Source of the DNA: Chrysomallon squamiferum
Lineage: Eukaryota > Animalia > Mollusca
Direction of reading: 5' to 3'
Assembly (NCBI GenBank): GCA_012295275.1
Contig: CM022679.1
Span: forward strand, 18,538,001-18,602,000
Length of the DNA stretch: 64,000 nucleotides
Program-made: the position numbers and the translations under genes
The notes under the pieces: model-generated
Told to the model about the DNA's origin: nothing
Seen by the model: the letters and a program-made list of their open reading frames with translations, nothing else
Databases searched by the model: none
Part shown: piece after piece, positions 29,001 to 42,831 of the stretch
How positions within the stretch are numbered: the first letter of the stretch is position 1
Layout of the letters: each line of letters starts with the position of its first letter

Positions 29001-32000
29001 GTGCTGGTACATAGTTTTGACATAAAGGAAAGAGCTGGGCTATAAATGAGCAGAAGTGAAAATAGCAGCAGTTTCCAAAGGAAAGAAGCAGTTGCCACCT
29101 TTAGAACTTAAAGCCACCAGAAAAATAGTGTATACATTAATTCATGTCAAGAGAGTGATTGGTCTGGTGCATAACAAGTGGACAAAATAGTTGTATCTTT
29201 TAACTAGCTAATGTATAGAACAGACCTGGGCATTTTACAGCCTCCGGGCCACGTACAGCCCTTTGGTTGACTCTGTGTAAGTAAGGTTAATTTGGAATTG
29301 CAAAATAAACATATTTTCTAACTTCACCTCATGCATGGACTAAAGCTGCATTGCTTTTATTTTGAAGGTGCTTTTTTATTCACATACAAAATGACGCAAT
29401 ATGTAAATCAAGATGTCTGCATGATTGAATCATCACAAGCAGGTCGCAATATGAGTTTAGCCCTCAAAATGTTTGCTCATGCTAAAATAAGAAAAGTAGA
29501 TGTTGAATGCAGGATTTTCATCAAGAAATGGACTGCTTAGTATTTATTTACTGAAGTCAGAGGTAAAGCTGTGTGTTTAGTTTGCAGAGAGCAGATTGCC
29601 ATGTTTAAGGATTACAATTTGTGTCAGCATTATGAGATGAAACACGTGGAAAAATACCAAAACTTGACTGATGCTGAAAGGGCACGGACATCAGAAGCTT
29701 TGCTAGCTAAGCTACAAAAGCAGCAAGAATTTTTTACCAAGCTTCACTAATCCAGGGATGCAGCAACCAAGGCTATCTTTGTGATATCCAACAAAATCGT
29801 TAACAGCAGTAAGCCATTCTCAGAGGTGGAGTTTGTCAAAGAGTGCTTGGTACACTCTGCAGCAAGTCCCACTGCCCAGGTGAGCCATGACGAGAAGGAT
29901 CAAGGACATTGAGGGGAATTTTGAGTTTCAGCTGCAATGTGAAGTGGCAAGTTTTGACTTTTTTTTCTTGGCTTTGGGTGAGAGCTGTGATGTCTGTGAC
30001 ACAGCCCAGTTACTCGCATTTGTCTGTGGGATAAAGGACTTCAAGATTACAGAGGAGCTGGCTGCAACCCAATCTGTTCACGGAGGTAAATGCATGCATG
30101 GACACACTGAGACTGATATGGGACAGACTGGTAGGTGTCACAATGGACAGTTGTCCAAATCTTACGTGGAAAAATGTTGGACTTTTGAAATCTATGCAAG
30201 ATAAAGAGACTGAAATCGATGCAGATCAGAAATTGTTATTTTTGCATTGTATTATACACCAGCATGTGCTGTGCGAGTCAGTGCTAAAAATTAACCATGC
30301 TGTATTTATGTTGTAACTAAAATATCAGGGCACAAGCACTGAATCACAGGCAGTTTGTTGCACTTTTGGAGGAGCATGAGACTGAGCATAGTGACATCAG
30401 TTACCACACAGCTGAACAAGGGAAAAGAAATGAAGAATACCAAATGAGGTGGTTAGACTATAAATGTAGGCATGTAAAGGCTGCAACTAGCCTTGAACTA
30501 GAACACTTTCTTTGGAGGCCTTTTTCTCAAAATCACAGTTCAGTGACAATCATTAATATAATATGTAGTATCTTGCTTAATATCTGGAGTACAAAGACAA
30601 TATTGTGATATCTTTAGAAAGCTAAGAAACTCTTTCCAACTGTATAGAAAACTCAAAATGTGTTTTGGGGTGAATGTGACTGCAAATGATCACCAATATA
30701 ATGAGTCACAAATGTTAAAAATGTTTACATTTTGTTTACCATTGTTTTGAGAAATTTGATTGAATAAATGACATTTCCTGTAAGTCAACCTCACTTTTTC
30801 ATTGTTTAATCTAACATATACTCTTACCAGTCTTACCAGATTTTGTGTCACTTTGTTACTGACATGTCGTTATTGTTAATGTAGATATTTTTGTCTATCT
30901 AATAATTAATTTATTCCATAACTGCTTTTTTATTATTATTAGTAGTAGTACAATTATTAGAATTATTACCATTATCATCATTATTGTTATTATTAATATT
31001 TTTATCATCATCATCTTTGTTATTATTATTATCATCATAATCATCATTTTTGAAATTTTCTTTTCTTCATAAGGGTATATACATTGTAAACACTGTTATC
31101 TTTGAATAATCAGTATTTTTAAAAAGAATTTTAATTAAAAGAAATTTTGGAAATTATATTATATTATTTTATTTTATATATTTACTTCACTCATTACATT
31201 CTGTAGATAGATGATAAATTTGCCATTTTGTAACCATATCTTCTATAATTACATTTTTATATGCTGTAATAGCCATCTTTTACTTGTTTGATGTAGTTAA
31301 TTTAAATGGATAAATGTAAGTAATCAAATACATATTTTGTTCATATTTTACATCATATTCACTGGTACTTTACAAAGTCATTCTTGCATGTTTTATGTTC
31401 TTTTATGAAAACTAAAATATTTTAACATTGTTTTTTCTTTTATTGAATCTTTCCTCTTATTTTTATTGATTTCACAGGTATTTTATTAAAGAATGCCTAT
31501 TTCTAAAGCTTTTTGTTTCCTGATTTAATTGTCAATTCTAAATTAGCATAAAGGAGAAAATATGCACATCTTAATGAATAGTTGTTTTTGGATGATGTTA
31601 GCAATACATTTTGGTAATAAATGTTATAAATATTTAATTTTTCAGAAACTTGTTTACTAGTGGTTTTATAATGATATGCCATATGGTACATAAGTCAGTT
31701 ATGAAACGACTTCGTACCCAGTAAAAATAATAATTATAATAGTAGTCATTTATGGATAATCATTTTAAAACACCAAATAATGACACTGAAAGTGTGAAAC
31801 TCAGATCATTCCAAAAAGGTTTTTGTGTTATAATAGAGAATAATTTAATCAGATAGTAATTAAAGAAATGTAAATTATTTTCATAATTTAGACATTTTTA
31901 TATGTATATATGTGATTTATAGGTGATAAATATGTATTTTACTATACTTTGAGGAAGAAGAATTAGAATCATTGATGTATGAAAAAGGAACAGAGAGTGA

Positions 32001-35000
32001 CTCAAGCTCTGACAGTGATGGTGTGACTCCCCACAAGCAAAGAAAAGTCAGTGTGACATGTGGAGTTACTAATAATGTAAATAATACTGACAGTAATAAG
32101 ACAAAGCCTGAACCAACAAACTGTCGACCGGAAGAAGCCTCACAAAATTTGAGAATGAAGCTAAGAGAAAAACAAAGAGCAAGCATGGTCAGTAATTTAG
32201 ATTTTTAATATTTTTGAAGTTAATTACCATAGAATAGCTACATATCTTAAATTGTAACATTATATCTGAATCAATAGTCAATAAGTCAATAGTTTAGAAA
32301 AAAATATTATATGTTAAAATCTTCAGTGAGTTGTTTTGTGTCTTGGTGGGTTTTTTTAACTGATAATGAAAATTTTTATGTTTTCATATTAGGTTGTGAT
32401 TCAGATTTTCTGTATGCAGTGTCACTGAGTGTGTAGATGTGTGCTAGCAAATATAACAATAATTCATTTGTATATGTTCGTACAAATGTTTATTGGTGTC
32501 TGACTACCAGAAGTTTAACCCTGCTAGTCTGCCGGGCTACCATTTATTTTTCTCTTCCTTTCTAGTCTTGAGATGCTTTATTCATCTGTGTAGTAATTAT
32601 TTCCTCTGCAACTGCAATGTGACTGCAGAAATAAGAGCAAATGTGATGTTTATTTGACAAACAAACAAAAATAAAAATTGTTTTAATGTGATCTAAAAGT
32701 AAAACTTGTAGATTGAGGAATTATCATTGCACACTTCTTTAAAACAAGGCATTCAGTAATATTGGACATTATAGACAAGAGGAGAAATACCACTGGCAAA
32801 GCTGTTGAAAATGGAAATAATATAAACAAGCAACAGTGTTGAAAAAAATAAAACAGTCAAGAGATTTCATGCTGTCATGGCAGAAGGGGTTTGATTGGGA
32901 ATTGTTCAGTGAAGGAAAAAACTTATACCCCATGTTCAGATTTGAAGTGTGGTACAAAAAAAAAATATTAGGTTGTAGACATTTTATGAAAGAAATCGTG
33001 AGAAAACACAATGTAATGAATACTGTATAGTAAGAGTTGTAGCCAAGTTAGCAAAACCGAAACAACAAAAGCAGTGGAAGCACAGTGAATTATGTTTGGA
33101 AGTGTAAACTGATAACTATTTGCTCTTTTTTCAAAATTTGTTGGGGTCTACCAGAGTTTATGACCTGGTATTAATAGTTAATGTCAATGTGTTTATGTAA
33201 ATTGTAAGTATATATTGGCATGAAATTCTAAGATATTTCTAACTGATAATGTATAATGTTGATTTTTTTTTATTCGTATCATGTAAGCAGTTTATTTTGT
33301 TAGTTAATTTTCTGTCATGTCCACAGGTTTTATTTTCACTGGCAATTTTCAACTGTTTGGGTTGCTTGAGAAGTTGTTTTCAGTTGTGTAACTGTTTTAT
33401 TTTTAAATTAGTTTTCTATCACATCCTCATAATTTATTTTGTGGAGTTGCTTTAAAAGGACTTGCATTTTGTAATTTTAAAAAAAGTCCCCAAAGTGATA
33501 GCCAGTAGTCAAACAGGGAACCAGTGTTTGTGAATTACATTTTCTTTATGGAAGAGTATGGTAAGCCATTGTCTCTTCTTATTTTGATAGGCTGTAATGT
33601 ATAGTTAACCTGTCTCAGATACATTTTACTTGTTTAATCTGCCTGCTGTGCAGATTATTATTTTTATATTGTTTCCCTGCATGATATTAGCATTCATTAT
33701 CAATAGAAAAAGATACTTAAATACATGTTTTACAGATTGTTGTATTGCATATTATCACTGTATCATAATTAAATTATTAATGTACCTGTCCTGTTCTGTG
33801 TTTATTTCTCTAATGGATAAATGGAATTATTGATTTATATATATTTTAAAATTCAATGTTAGGTGGCCACAGAAGCACCTTTTTAGTTTAGACTGAGCCT
33901 TAGTAAGACAGGATCAGTGGTGTGGGCCCATTACATACATATTAAGGAGTGCTGGCAAATAGGTGCCAGACTTTCAAGTTTTGTCAGCAGCATCATCTAA
34001 GAGGGTTGTTGTTATGTCATTACTGGACTTTGTCCTCCAGTGCATTCCCTAATATTGTCTATATACAGAGAATATTCAAATGAAAAATACATTCATATAT
34101 ATATATATATACAAGTCTGATTCCAGCTGAGCTCCGATATAAATTAGTAATAATGATCTTTGGATAATCAGCTGTCAGAATGTTGACTAATCAGAATGTT
34201 GGATAATCGGATTTGGTCAGTCATTTATGATTCAGAGAACTGATTTAATGGAAATTAGCTTTGGAAAACTCAAAGAGGTGGAATGATCAACCTATAATTA
34301 GAACTTATTATCTTCTAGGAAAACTAAAACAGTCTTCTAACATATACAATAAAATACTCTTAGAATGATCATGTCAGGATTTTTTTTATTATTATTATTT
34401 TTTTTGACTATCATTAAATTAATGAACAAACTCATTTTATGAACTAAATTTGTGGTCTCAGTTAATTCCAGTGTAGATAAATATTTATGAGATGAACAGT
34501 GGATATTATTTTCTGTACAGTGCATCAATATTTCTAGATCATCCAAACTCCCAGACAATTATATTAATTAGAGTGGGATTTGTCTTTTTTCTTTTCTTAT
34601 TTTTCACATTAAAAACAGACTAATTTTATAGTCACATACTGTCCATTTTGATTTGTTTCCCTTGGTAAATGCAAAACTGTGGGTCACTGATTAAGACTAA
34701 CAAAAAAGAACCTTTGTAATTAAGTGATAAAGTTCTCTGGATTGATGTTTGTTTTTCTATGTGTATCATGTCAAACATGCTTTTTGCTATTTGAATGCCA
34801 GCTAATGTTTATACCAGAACTGAAATGTAAACATACTCACAAAATGTTAAACAAGTTTATGAGGAATTACTAATTTAAAATAGTTTTTTCTTGTATGTTA
34901 TTTTAAACATTTGTATTGTATATCTAGTGGTATTAAAACTTCATTATACATTGATTACATTCAGCCACATAAAAAAACCTGAAAATACATGAACTTGATA

Positions 35001-38000
35001 CTTATTCTGGTTTTCAATAATATATGTATGTTTATATATCATAGGTTTTTGCTGTTTTATATCTCAATAAATACGTTTTGTATATATGTACATAATTGAT
35101 GTATGTTCATATTTATGTCAGATTAATTTGTATTGTGACTTTTTTGTTGTTGTTATTTACTTAATTTAATAAACATAAAAGAGTGTTTATTAAAATATGG
35201 AATGTACATTGCTTGTCTGTTGGAACTGCAATAAATATTTATAATCCAAATTCTCAAGCATTCTAAAACTCCAGCTGTTTTTGCTGACCTCTTCCATCTT
35301 GATTTATCAAAGTTTGTCTGTATTATCAGGAAATATGTATAATTCCTGAAAATTTCAGAAAATGTTCATAAATTCTGATTCACCCAGAAACTGGCAGTGC
35401 AAAGACTGCAAGTAGATCATCCTCTGTCCAACTGATGGCAAATTTTGTGAGAGAGGCTAGATGATAATAGGCCACTGCAAGCATTATAACCCAACAGTGC
35501 CACAAATGGGGAATACTTAATTTTGCTGTAAAAAGTGTAATTCTGAAACTGAACATAGCTGAGTCCAAAAGTCCATTCAGTTATATTTTATTCCTGAGCA
35601 ATAAATGACCATGTCCTTAATGTCATAGTTCGCTCTTTCTATGGACCCTTGGCTCTGTGGATGTCTAGGTATGAATATGAAGATATCCTGGTTTTTCAGA
35701 AATAATTGTTAATATTTTTTTTTTTTTAACAGCAAAAGCCCAAATTGTATTTAACCCTTGATGAACTTTTGAAAGAAACCAAACAGTCTGATCAAGATGA
35801 GTCTAATGAAAAGTTACCTCCCTTGTTTATGCAAGATCTTCAGAATCTGTTACTAGTTGGTGTTATGGGGAATCTAGCAAGTATAAAACCTAGGTATTTC
35901 ATTAAAAAATTAACAAAAAATGTTCCTAATTATGATGGTAAAACTGATTGACAATATAGAATGATACTCACCTATTTAATATAGATATTCCTGAATAAAT
36001 CCTATAAAAATACATTTAATGAGATAGTATTTAAACTTAAAGATTACCTAATCATTAGTGGCAACAAAAACTGAAACTAAAAATGTATTACTTTAAATCT
36101 TATTTTATTTCAGCATTTCAAAATTGTACAGCTATTTGCTCACAACTGTTTGAATATTAATAAATATTTTTAATTTATGATTTGATAAAGTATTAAATTT
36201 ATACAGTAAACACAAAAGAAAATCCTAATATTGGCTCAGTTATTAAATGTTTTAAAGGCCGGTGCTAGGTTACATACAAATTTAATATTTTTATTTTTAC
36301 ATTTATCTCTTTCAGATGGTGTCGCTTGCTCCGTATGGCTAAAGTTGCATCAGTGGTTGTTATGGTAATAAATGAATTATGTGTTTCTGATCTGGAAGAA
36401 CATGCTGAGAATTTTCAGTTTATCAAGGAAAACTTTTTCATGGTCAGTTCAGTATAAACTGTATTTCTCAAATAACTTTTTGGACTCACTAATAGTGCAG
36501 TAAAAGTAACTGACTAGCTTAATAAACTTATTGTATACACTTCAAGAACTGAAATAAAGATATATTTTAAAGTGCATGATAACTGTTGTAGTTCAGAATA
36601 ATTAATCTTAATAATAAACTATATTTTGATTTTTTTTGTTAAATGAGGAATACTTAGTTCAGGATGATGTCATTTATTTATTTAGTTTGTGGAGCTTGTT
36701 TCTCCTCACCAGTATGATAGCACAGTTGATCAGGATATTTTCCGAGTTCCACTTAGTCGCAGAAGTGGTAAGTATACTAATAGATAGTTAACATATCTAA
36801 TAAAACTTAATAAAACAAATAAATCTCAAGAAGAAAATGGCCAGTTGTCATTAATTTGTGTGGAATCAGAACATATTATCTTCTAGGAAAACAAAAACAA
36901 TCTTCTAACATATACAGTAAAATACTCTTAGAGTGATCATGCTTATAATAAATCATTAATTTTGTCAGGATTTTTTAATGTTTTTTTGGCTATATATTAT
37001 CATTAAATTAATTAACAAACTAAATTTCTGGTCCCAGTAAATTCCAGTGTAGATAAATATTTATGAGATGAACACTGGATATTATCTTCTGTACAGTGCA
37101 TCAGTGTTTCTAGATCAGCCAAACTCCCAGACAGTTATATTAATTAGAGTGGGATTTGTATTTTTTCTTTTCTTATTTTTCACATTAAAAACAGACTAAT
37201 TTTATAGTCACATACTGTCCAATTTGATTTGGATTTTTTTTAAAATTAAATTTCATTTCATACACCAAACATAGTATATCAAGTTTACATTCACCATATT
37301 TTTTGTTTTCTCAGAAAAAGATGTACTTTGTAACTTACTTACATGAGGTAGATATAAATTATAAAAAAACTGATAAACAAATTAGAATTTTAACTTACTT
37401 TTTTTAACTGTTAAACATTCAAGTTATATATTGTGTATTAAGACACTGATCTGAATGGTTAATATTTTATTTTCACAGAGATTAAAAACATATCACAAAA
37501 GAATTCTGGTAAACGGAAAGATAAAGAAAAGTTTGACAGGAGATGTTTGTTATTGAATCCTAGTCAACTGATCTCTGAGGGTTATCCACTTCCAGTTAAA
37601 ACAGAGCAAGGTAATAAATATAAATATATTTATATATATGAACATACATTCTTCATTAACGCAGAGAAAGGTAACACAGGTATTATATATATTAATATCC
37701 ATTTCTCTTCAAAATAGTAACAAACTGAAAAAAAAAAAAGAAAAGGAAAACAATTAAAATACAAATACATTGGATTCAGTTATTGTTCATTTAAGCAAAT
37801 TTTTTTCTCTCTTTTTATTTACTTCTGTCTGATAGTTAATGATTGTTTTTCAGAGAACTATAAAGATTTTGTATTCAGCAAAGCTGTGTACACCGAGCCT
37901 CACTCACAAAGTCCTATGTTTGCCATTGATTGTGAAATGGTAAGTGAAGATTATAGAGAAAAATTTGATTGAAAATGTTAATCTTTATTACATTCTAACA

Positions 38001-41000
38001 GATTTGGAATGTTCTTTAAATTCTCTTATGTTATAAAGTTATTGTAAGATTATGCAAATAGAAGGGATGTTCTATTGGCAGAACCCAAAAAGGAAAGGTT
38101 AATTGATGCTAAAATGTTGTGTTTAATTTTATTTTAATTTTCTCAGTGTTACACAACAGCTAAGAAGAATGAACTGACAAGAGTTTCAGTAGTAAATGAA
38201 AAGCTGGAAGTTGTTTATGAGAGTTATGTGAAGCCTTACAATCCGATACTAAACTATCTCACAAAGTAAGCATTTATAATGCTAATCCATTTTATAAGAA
38301 ATAAGTGAATTAATTACAAATGATAAATCTGTTTTATGTCAGTGATCTATGTATGTTTAAATTCCCATAAAAATAATGTAATATATAAATTTGAATTTAG
38401 AAGAAAATAATCCTAATCAAAAAGAAAATAAGTAAATTAAATTTGTATATTTTATAGGGGTTTTTTTGTTTGGTTTTTTGTTGATACTGAAATTTTAATT
38501 ATTTGATAAAACTGATAAATTACAAAATAATTTATCTGTATTTTTCTCAGCCAAGTTGTGTATCTTTACTGAATTATTTTGGAAAGAAATACATCAGTTG
38601 CTTAAAAATAAAGGTTACATTTAAGCAGTACATTTTAAAATTATTTTTGTTTTTGTGAAGTACAATAATGCAACCATCGAAAATAGAAAAATATTTTGTT
38701 TTAAATGAACTTGCTCTCAGGAAAAAAACACTTTTTTTCCATTTTTTTCCCATTTTTTTATTTATTTATATAAAACTATATATTTTTTAAAATGTTAATT
38801 ATTTAATCTAAATCTCATAGAATGAAAATAAATACCCTAATTATCTCTCTGTTATTTAAGTATTATTATCTATTTACAGATACAGTGGTATCACAAAAGA
38901 TATTCTCAGTCCTATCACTGTGAGGCTTGAAGACGTCCAGAGTGATTTGCAAAGACTGTTACCATCTGATGCAATCTGGTGTGGCCAGTCTCTCTGCTAT
39001 GACCTAAAAGCATTAAAGGTTATTTTGTCATTTATTACAGGGATCACACGGTTGTCAGTTTCATTTTACAAATACTTTATTTATGATGAGCAATACAATA
39101 ACATCTCTTCTTTATCCGTTAATATGCATTGTATTCATTCAATAAGGTAGTTAATAATTGGTTATAACTATGATTTGAAAACTCATTTATCTTGATTTCT
39201 AAGCCCATAATGTGTAGCTGGTTATCAAGTCATTACTGTCTAACAAGATATTTTGTTCATTTGTATTTTAAATAAATTCAGCTTTTCATTTTTGTAGTTT
39301 TAAAAAGTTGCCACTGAAGTTTTAATTGCTGTTGCTCAACTAGTAATTTAAGCAACGAAATATCTGGTATAAAATAGCAGGCATGATTTCTGTAATATAA
39401 ATTTGTCAAAGTAATTCTGTAGCCATATATGCTACATTGATTAAAATAAATAAATAAATGAATCAAATGTGTGCAGTATTAGATACAACTTAAATAAAGT
39501 AATAAATGATATAGCTTCTTAATCTTTAAACGGATCAATTTCATAATACATAAGAAAAGAGACTGAAATTTATAAATGATAACCTAAATTTAAGCTGATA
39601 TATTTTGATTTTCAGATGTTTCATCCTTTTGTGATAGACACAAGTTTTATTTATAATCTCACTGGTGTCAGATCAAAGAAGACGGGCCTCAAGAGACTGA
39701 CTCAGCTTTTTCTTCAGTAGGTAGAATTTTGTTTATGTAAAATAAGATCACAGACTTCTGAAACATTTATGAGGCAGAAAAGAATCCATAAATTTCTTTG
39801 GACTGTTATAGTTTTTTTGTTTTTTGTTTTTTTTTCCATCAGGCTCTTACAAAATAACAAACATTGATCACCCTTACATTTTAACCTTTTCTGATATCAT
39901 TACCAATGATTAATATCAGTTTGATAAAGCTTTGAACCATACATTTTATTTGTTCACTACATAATTATGATTTATCTGTGCATTTTTTCAATACTCATCC
40001 TACTGAATATTAAAAACAGTACTGAGACTGAAGAAATTAATTTTAAAAAATTAATTTTTTTTCATTCTCATTCATTAATGAATATGAAGCCATTCACCTC
40101 TTCACAATAAAACAGGAAGATAAAATTATTTATGTGAAATGAGAGAGAATTATTTGGTAAACATTAATATTTTGGGAGATTTGTTTTTTATTTATGTATT
40201 TGATAATATCATTTGTTTTCTAACATGAGTAACAATTAAACTTTTCAGCCGTAACATTCAGAACAGTGAACTTGGTCACTGCTCTCAAGAAGACAGCAAA
40301 GCAACAATGGAATTGGTTCTTCTAAAACTGAAAAATGGTAAATCATGAGGTTTAGTACACTGTCTGTTTTTGTACAGATGTTTTAACTACCATATTATTT
40401 TAAAAACAGGCTGATATAACTGGTTAACAGTTAGTACAACACATCCTCTTTTGTTCAGCCGCTGGAATATATACATTATATGGAATATATCATCTTAATT
40501 GCTATAAATGGACTCACATTTTTAAATATTACATCTAACAGTAATCAGTAGTAAACACGGGGTGCTTATAAGAATGTTATGATCATTTTTATTCATTTGA
40601 TATTTGTAAAATACATATTTTTTTAATTATAGGCCTAACATTTGGTGACTGCATTCTTGAGTCTTTTGAAGATAAACCTAGAATATTAAATCACTCAGAA
40701 AAATCAGATGTTCCAGATGATAAATTAGAAAGCAAACTGGAAAGTGCAGATGTGACTATAGTCTGCAAAAACCAAATGCACCTTTGCTCATCTGACTGTA
40801 AGATAAAACCAGAGAATTCAGAAAACATGAATAAAAAAACTATTGAACAGAAAAGAAATGTGTTTTTGCAAGAGAAACGTTATAGCACTTTTTTCAAACA
40901 GGTGGAAAAGGTAAAAAAGACAGGTGAGTTACTATCTAACTTGGATCATCTTACTTCTTGATGTTATAATTTCTGAATGAAAGCTAATATTGGACATATC

Positions 41001-42831
41001 TGATGTATTTATGTCAGTATATTTCATAATTTAATAAAAGCATTGATGCCAGTGTTGAAATACAAAGAAATAATTTGAAGTAAGGATTCTGTACACAGTG
41101 TCACAGGGATCCTACCCAGATACTTGTAATTGACTCTAAATCCAGTTACCCTGAAATCACAACTCACAATAGACATAAATAAATAAACACTAATTATTCA
41201 AAACCTCTCCTAATGGTATATACATTAGATCGCTCTCTATTAGCATATTCATCCCCAAATGTATTTTTTTTTATAGAGTCGGATTTGTCACAATTTTATC
41301 TACTTGCAGTACTAAAAATAAAAGAGTTGTGTGCAAAATTGTTTTTGTACTTGCAGGTCATTTGATGTCAAATAATCAAAAATTTATATTTATTTTAATC
41401 CAGCCCCTTCAGAATTTGCTTTAATTTTGCAAGATATTTCATTATGTTTGGGAAATTTAAAATGTCAAATATTTCATGCATTAAATGAAGAGCTTAACAG
41501 ATGTGGTATCATTGGAAAAGAATGATTCCAGAATACATATTTTTTTCTTTTTTCAAAAATATATTTACATGTGTTTTTTTTATGGCCTTGATTGCATGAA
41601 CTCATAACCATAAAATAAATTTAAGAATTGTACTCACCACCCATTTTTGATTACAATCCAGATTTTAGAGTGTGGTACAGTGTGCAAGAAATATTTGGTA
41701 TGTTATGTATTTCACCCATAAGAAACCATAATACAATATTACAGCAAAATCCAAGGAACAGTTCGATATGGAATGACCCTTGATATAAATCATGTCACAT
41801 CTTAACTTTATATAAACAAATTACCTATTTCATATTTAGATCAAAACAGAAAACTAAAACTAATTTCATTTCAGCTGCTGTTATCGACTGTAAAGAAGTA
41901 ATTTGCAGATGTGTGCCAAACATACAAAAAGATGAACCAGTGAAATTTGTAGAGATCTCTAGTGACAAATCCTGTTATAAAGAAGCCAAGAAATATGTAA
42001 CAGACACATCCTTTGTATGGTCACAGTTTCATTGTTTTTCTCAAATCCAGCATGATTCTCCAGAATTAACTGATTTAAAAAGGGTTTGTAATATAGTTTA
42101 TAAATTTGTTTTTATTCTTTTCAAGTCACATTTTTATTTTAATGAAACAGAACTGTTTGGCATCTTTACCATTTTTGATAATTATATTTTGATTTAAATA
42201 ATAATGTACCCAGCAAATAACAAAAGTATTTGACATAGGAATATTCAAGAAAAAAAAAAAAAATATACTGAATGTAAAGTATTTATTTTGTTTCGTAACT
42301 TACCAGAATATTTTATTGCAAAACAGATTACAGAAACATTTTAATTTATTATACTGATAGTTGGAAGCCTTTTATTATACTTTTTTTTTTTAAAATGTAT
42401 TTAGTAAAATTTTATCCTCACTATTATGTCATGTTCAGTTCTTATGAACAAATCAATCCCTTAACTTAATAGAAATTTATCATGTGTTATATACTGGGGT
42501 CTTGATATTCCATATAATTTCTTTCATTTCTCATGGAAGAAATGCATTGCCCAAAGTCTGATAATGGCCCATAATTCACTGCAAACTAAGAACTCACAAT
42601 AAGTAATCAGGGCTAAATAAAAAAATAAAACATGGGAAGGTGTGAATATTTACAATTACAGTAAACAATTATTTTCTGTTTATTTTGCAGCAAAATGTGA
42701 TGAAGATAGACAGGTATATCAAGAAACTGATGAAGAAAATAAAATTAAACTCACTGGTTTGTGTTTTGTTGACTGGAAGAAATGAGCAACACAGACTGTG
42801 CAATGGTGGAGCATTTATAAAAATCACATAG
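26100..42831 (+). CDS. REXO5: RNA exonuclease 5-like (NEF-sp) DEDDh exonuclease; about 670 aa, 14 exons
   Basis: Exons 26100-26201, 31954-32187, 35733-35893, 36316-36442, 36686-36767, 37479-37610, 37854-37939, 38147-38265, 38880-39018, 39616-39716, 40249-40337, 40633-40923, 41875-42083, 42691-42831 (2013 nt, in frame). ExoI FAIDCEMC, Exo[13 protein letters not shown], ExoIII GHCSQED, plus NYLTKYSGIT and KPRWC. Basic N-terminus KKRKAIALL. The exon-2 acceptor (GAG) is uncertain. Confidence 0.88.
27432..29215 (+). mobile_element. Decayed PIF/Harbinger-type transposase gene (THAP, HTH_Tnp_4, DDE_Tnp_4) in REXO5 intron 1
   Basis: THAP start [13 protein letters not shown]...IPK; [11 protein letters not shown]; [11 protein letters not shown]; [38 protein letters not shown]; WCGRASDKH; LLPGDSVL; [10 protein letters not shown]...[10 protein letters not shown]. 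Many stops and frameshifts. Has its own GT-AG intron at 27638-28119. Confidence 0.88.
29221..30415 (+). mobile_element. Decayed hAT transposon of SPIN/GTF2IRD2-like type
   Basis: 5' TIR-like CAGACCTGGGCA at 29221. Translated remnants [89 protein letters not shown] and HSDISYHTA. Contains stops and deletions; no 3' TIR found. Confidence 0.88.
32490..33130 (+). mobile_element. hAT relic with TTF-type zinc-finger N-terminus (ZNF862-like)
   Basis: ORF 32836-33030 ([13 protein letters not shown]...MF.F.V...[13 protein letters not shown]) resembles the R-F-SW-F-W...MFC-C...GC-NF...KH pattern. GACTACCAG/GGCTACCA subterminal-like motifs lie upstream. Confidence 0.5.
34300..34655 (+). repeat. Copy 1 of a ~350-bp intragenic direct duplication
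   Basis: Highly similar to 36868-37231 (TATTATCTTCTAGGAAAAC...TAGTCACATACTGTCC). Confidence 0.9.
36868..37231 (+). repeat. Copy 2 of a ~350-bp intragenic direct duplication
   Basis: Highly similar to 34300-34655, with two small indels. Confidence 0.9.

Noticed and set aside
35340-35700. Possible Tc1/mariner relic or snoRNA in REXO5 intron 2
   Set aside because: Only a short ETGSAK-like match, with no TIRs and no convincing C/D or H/ACA boxes.
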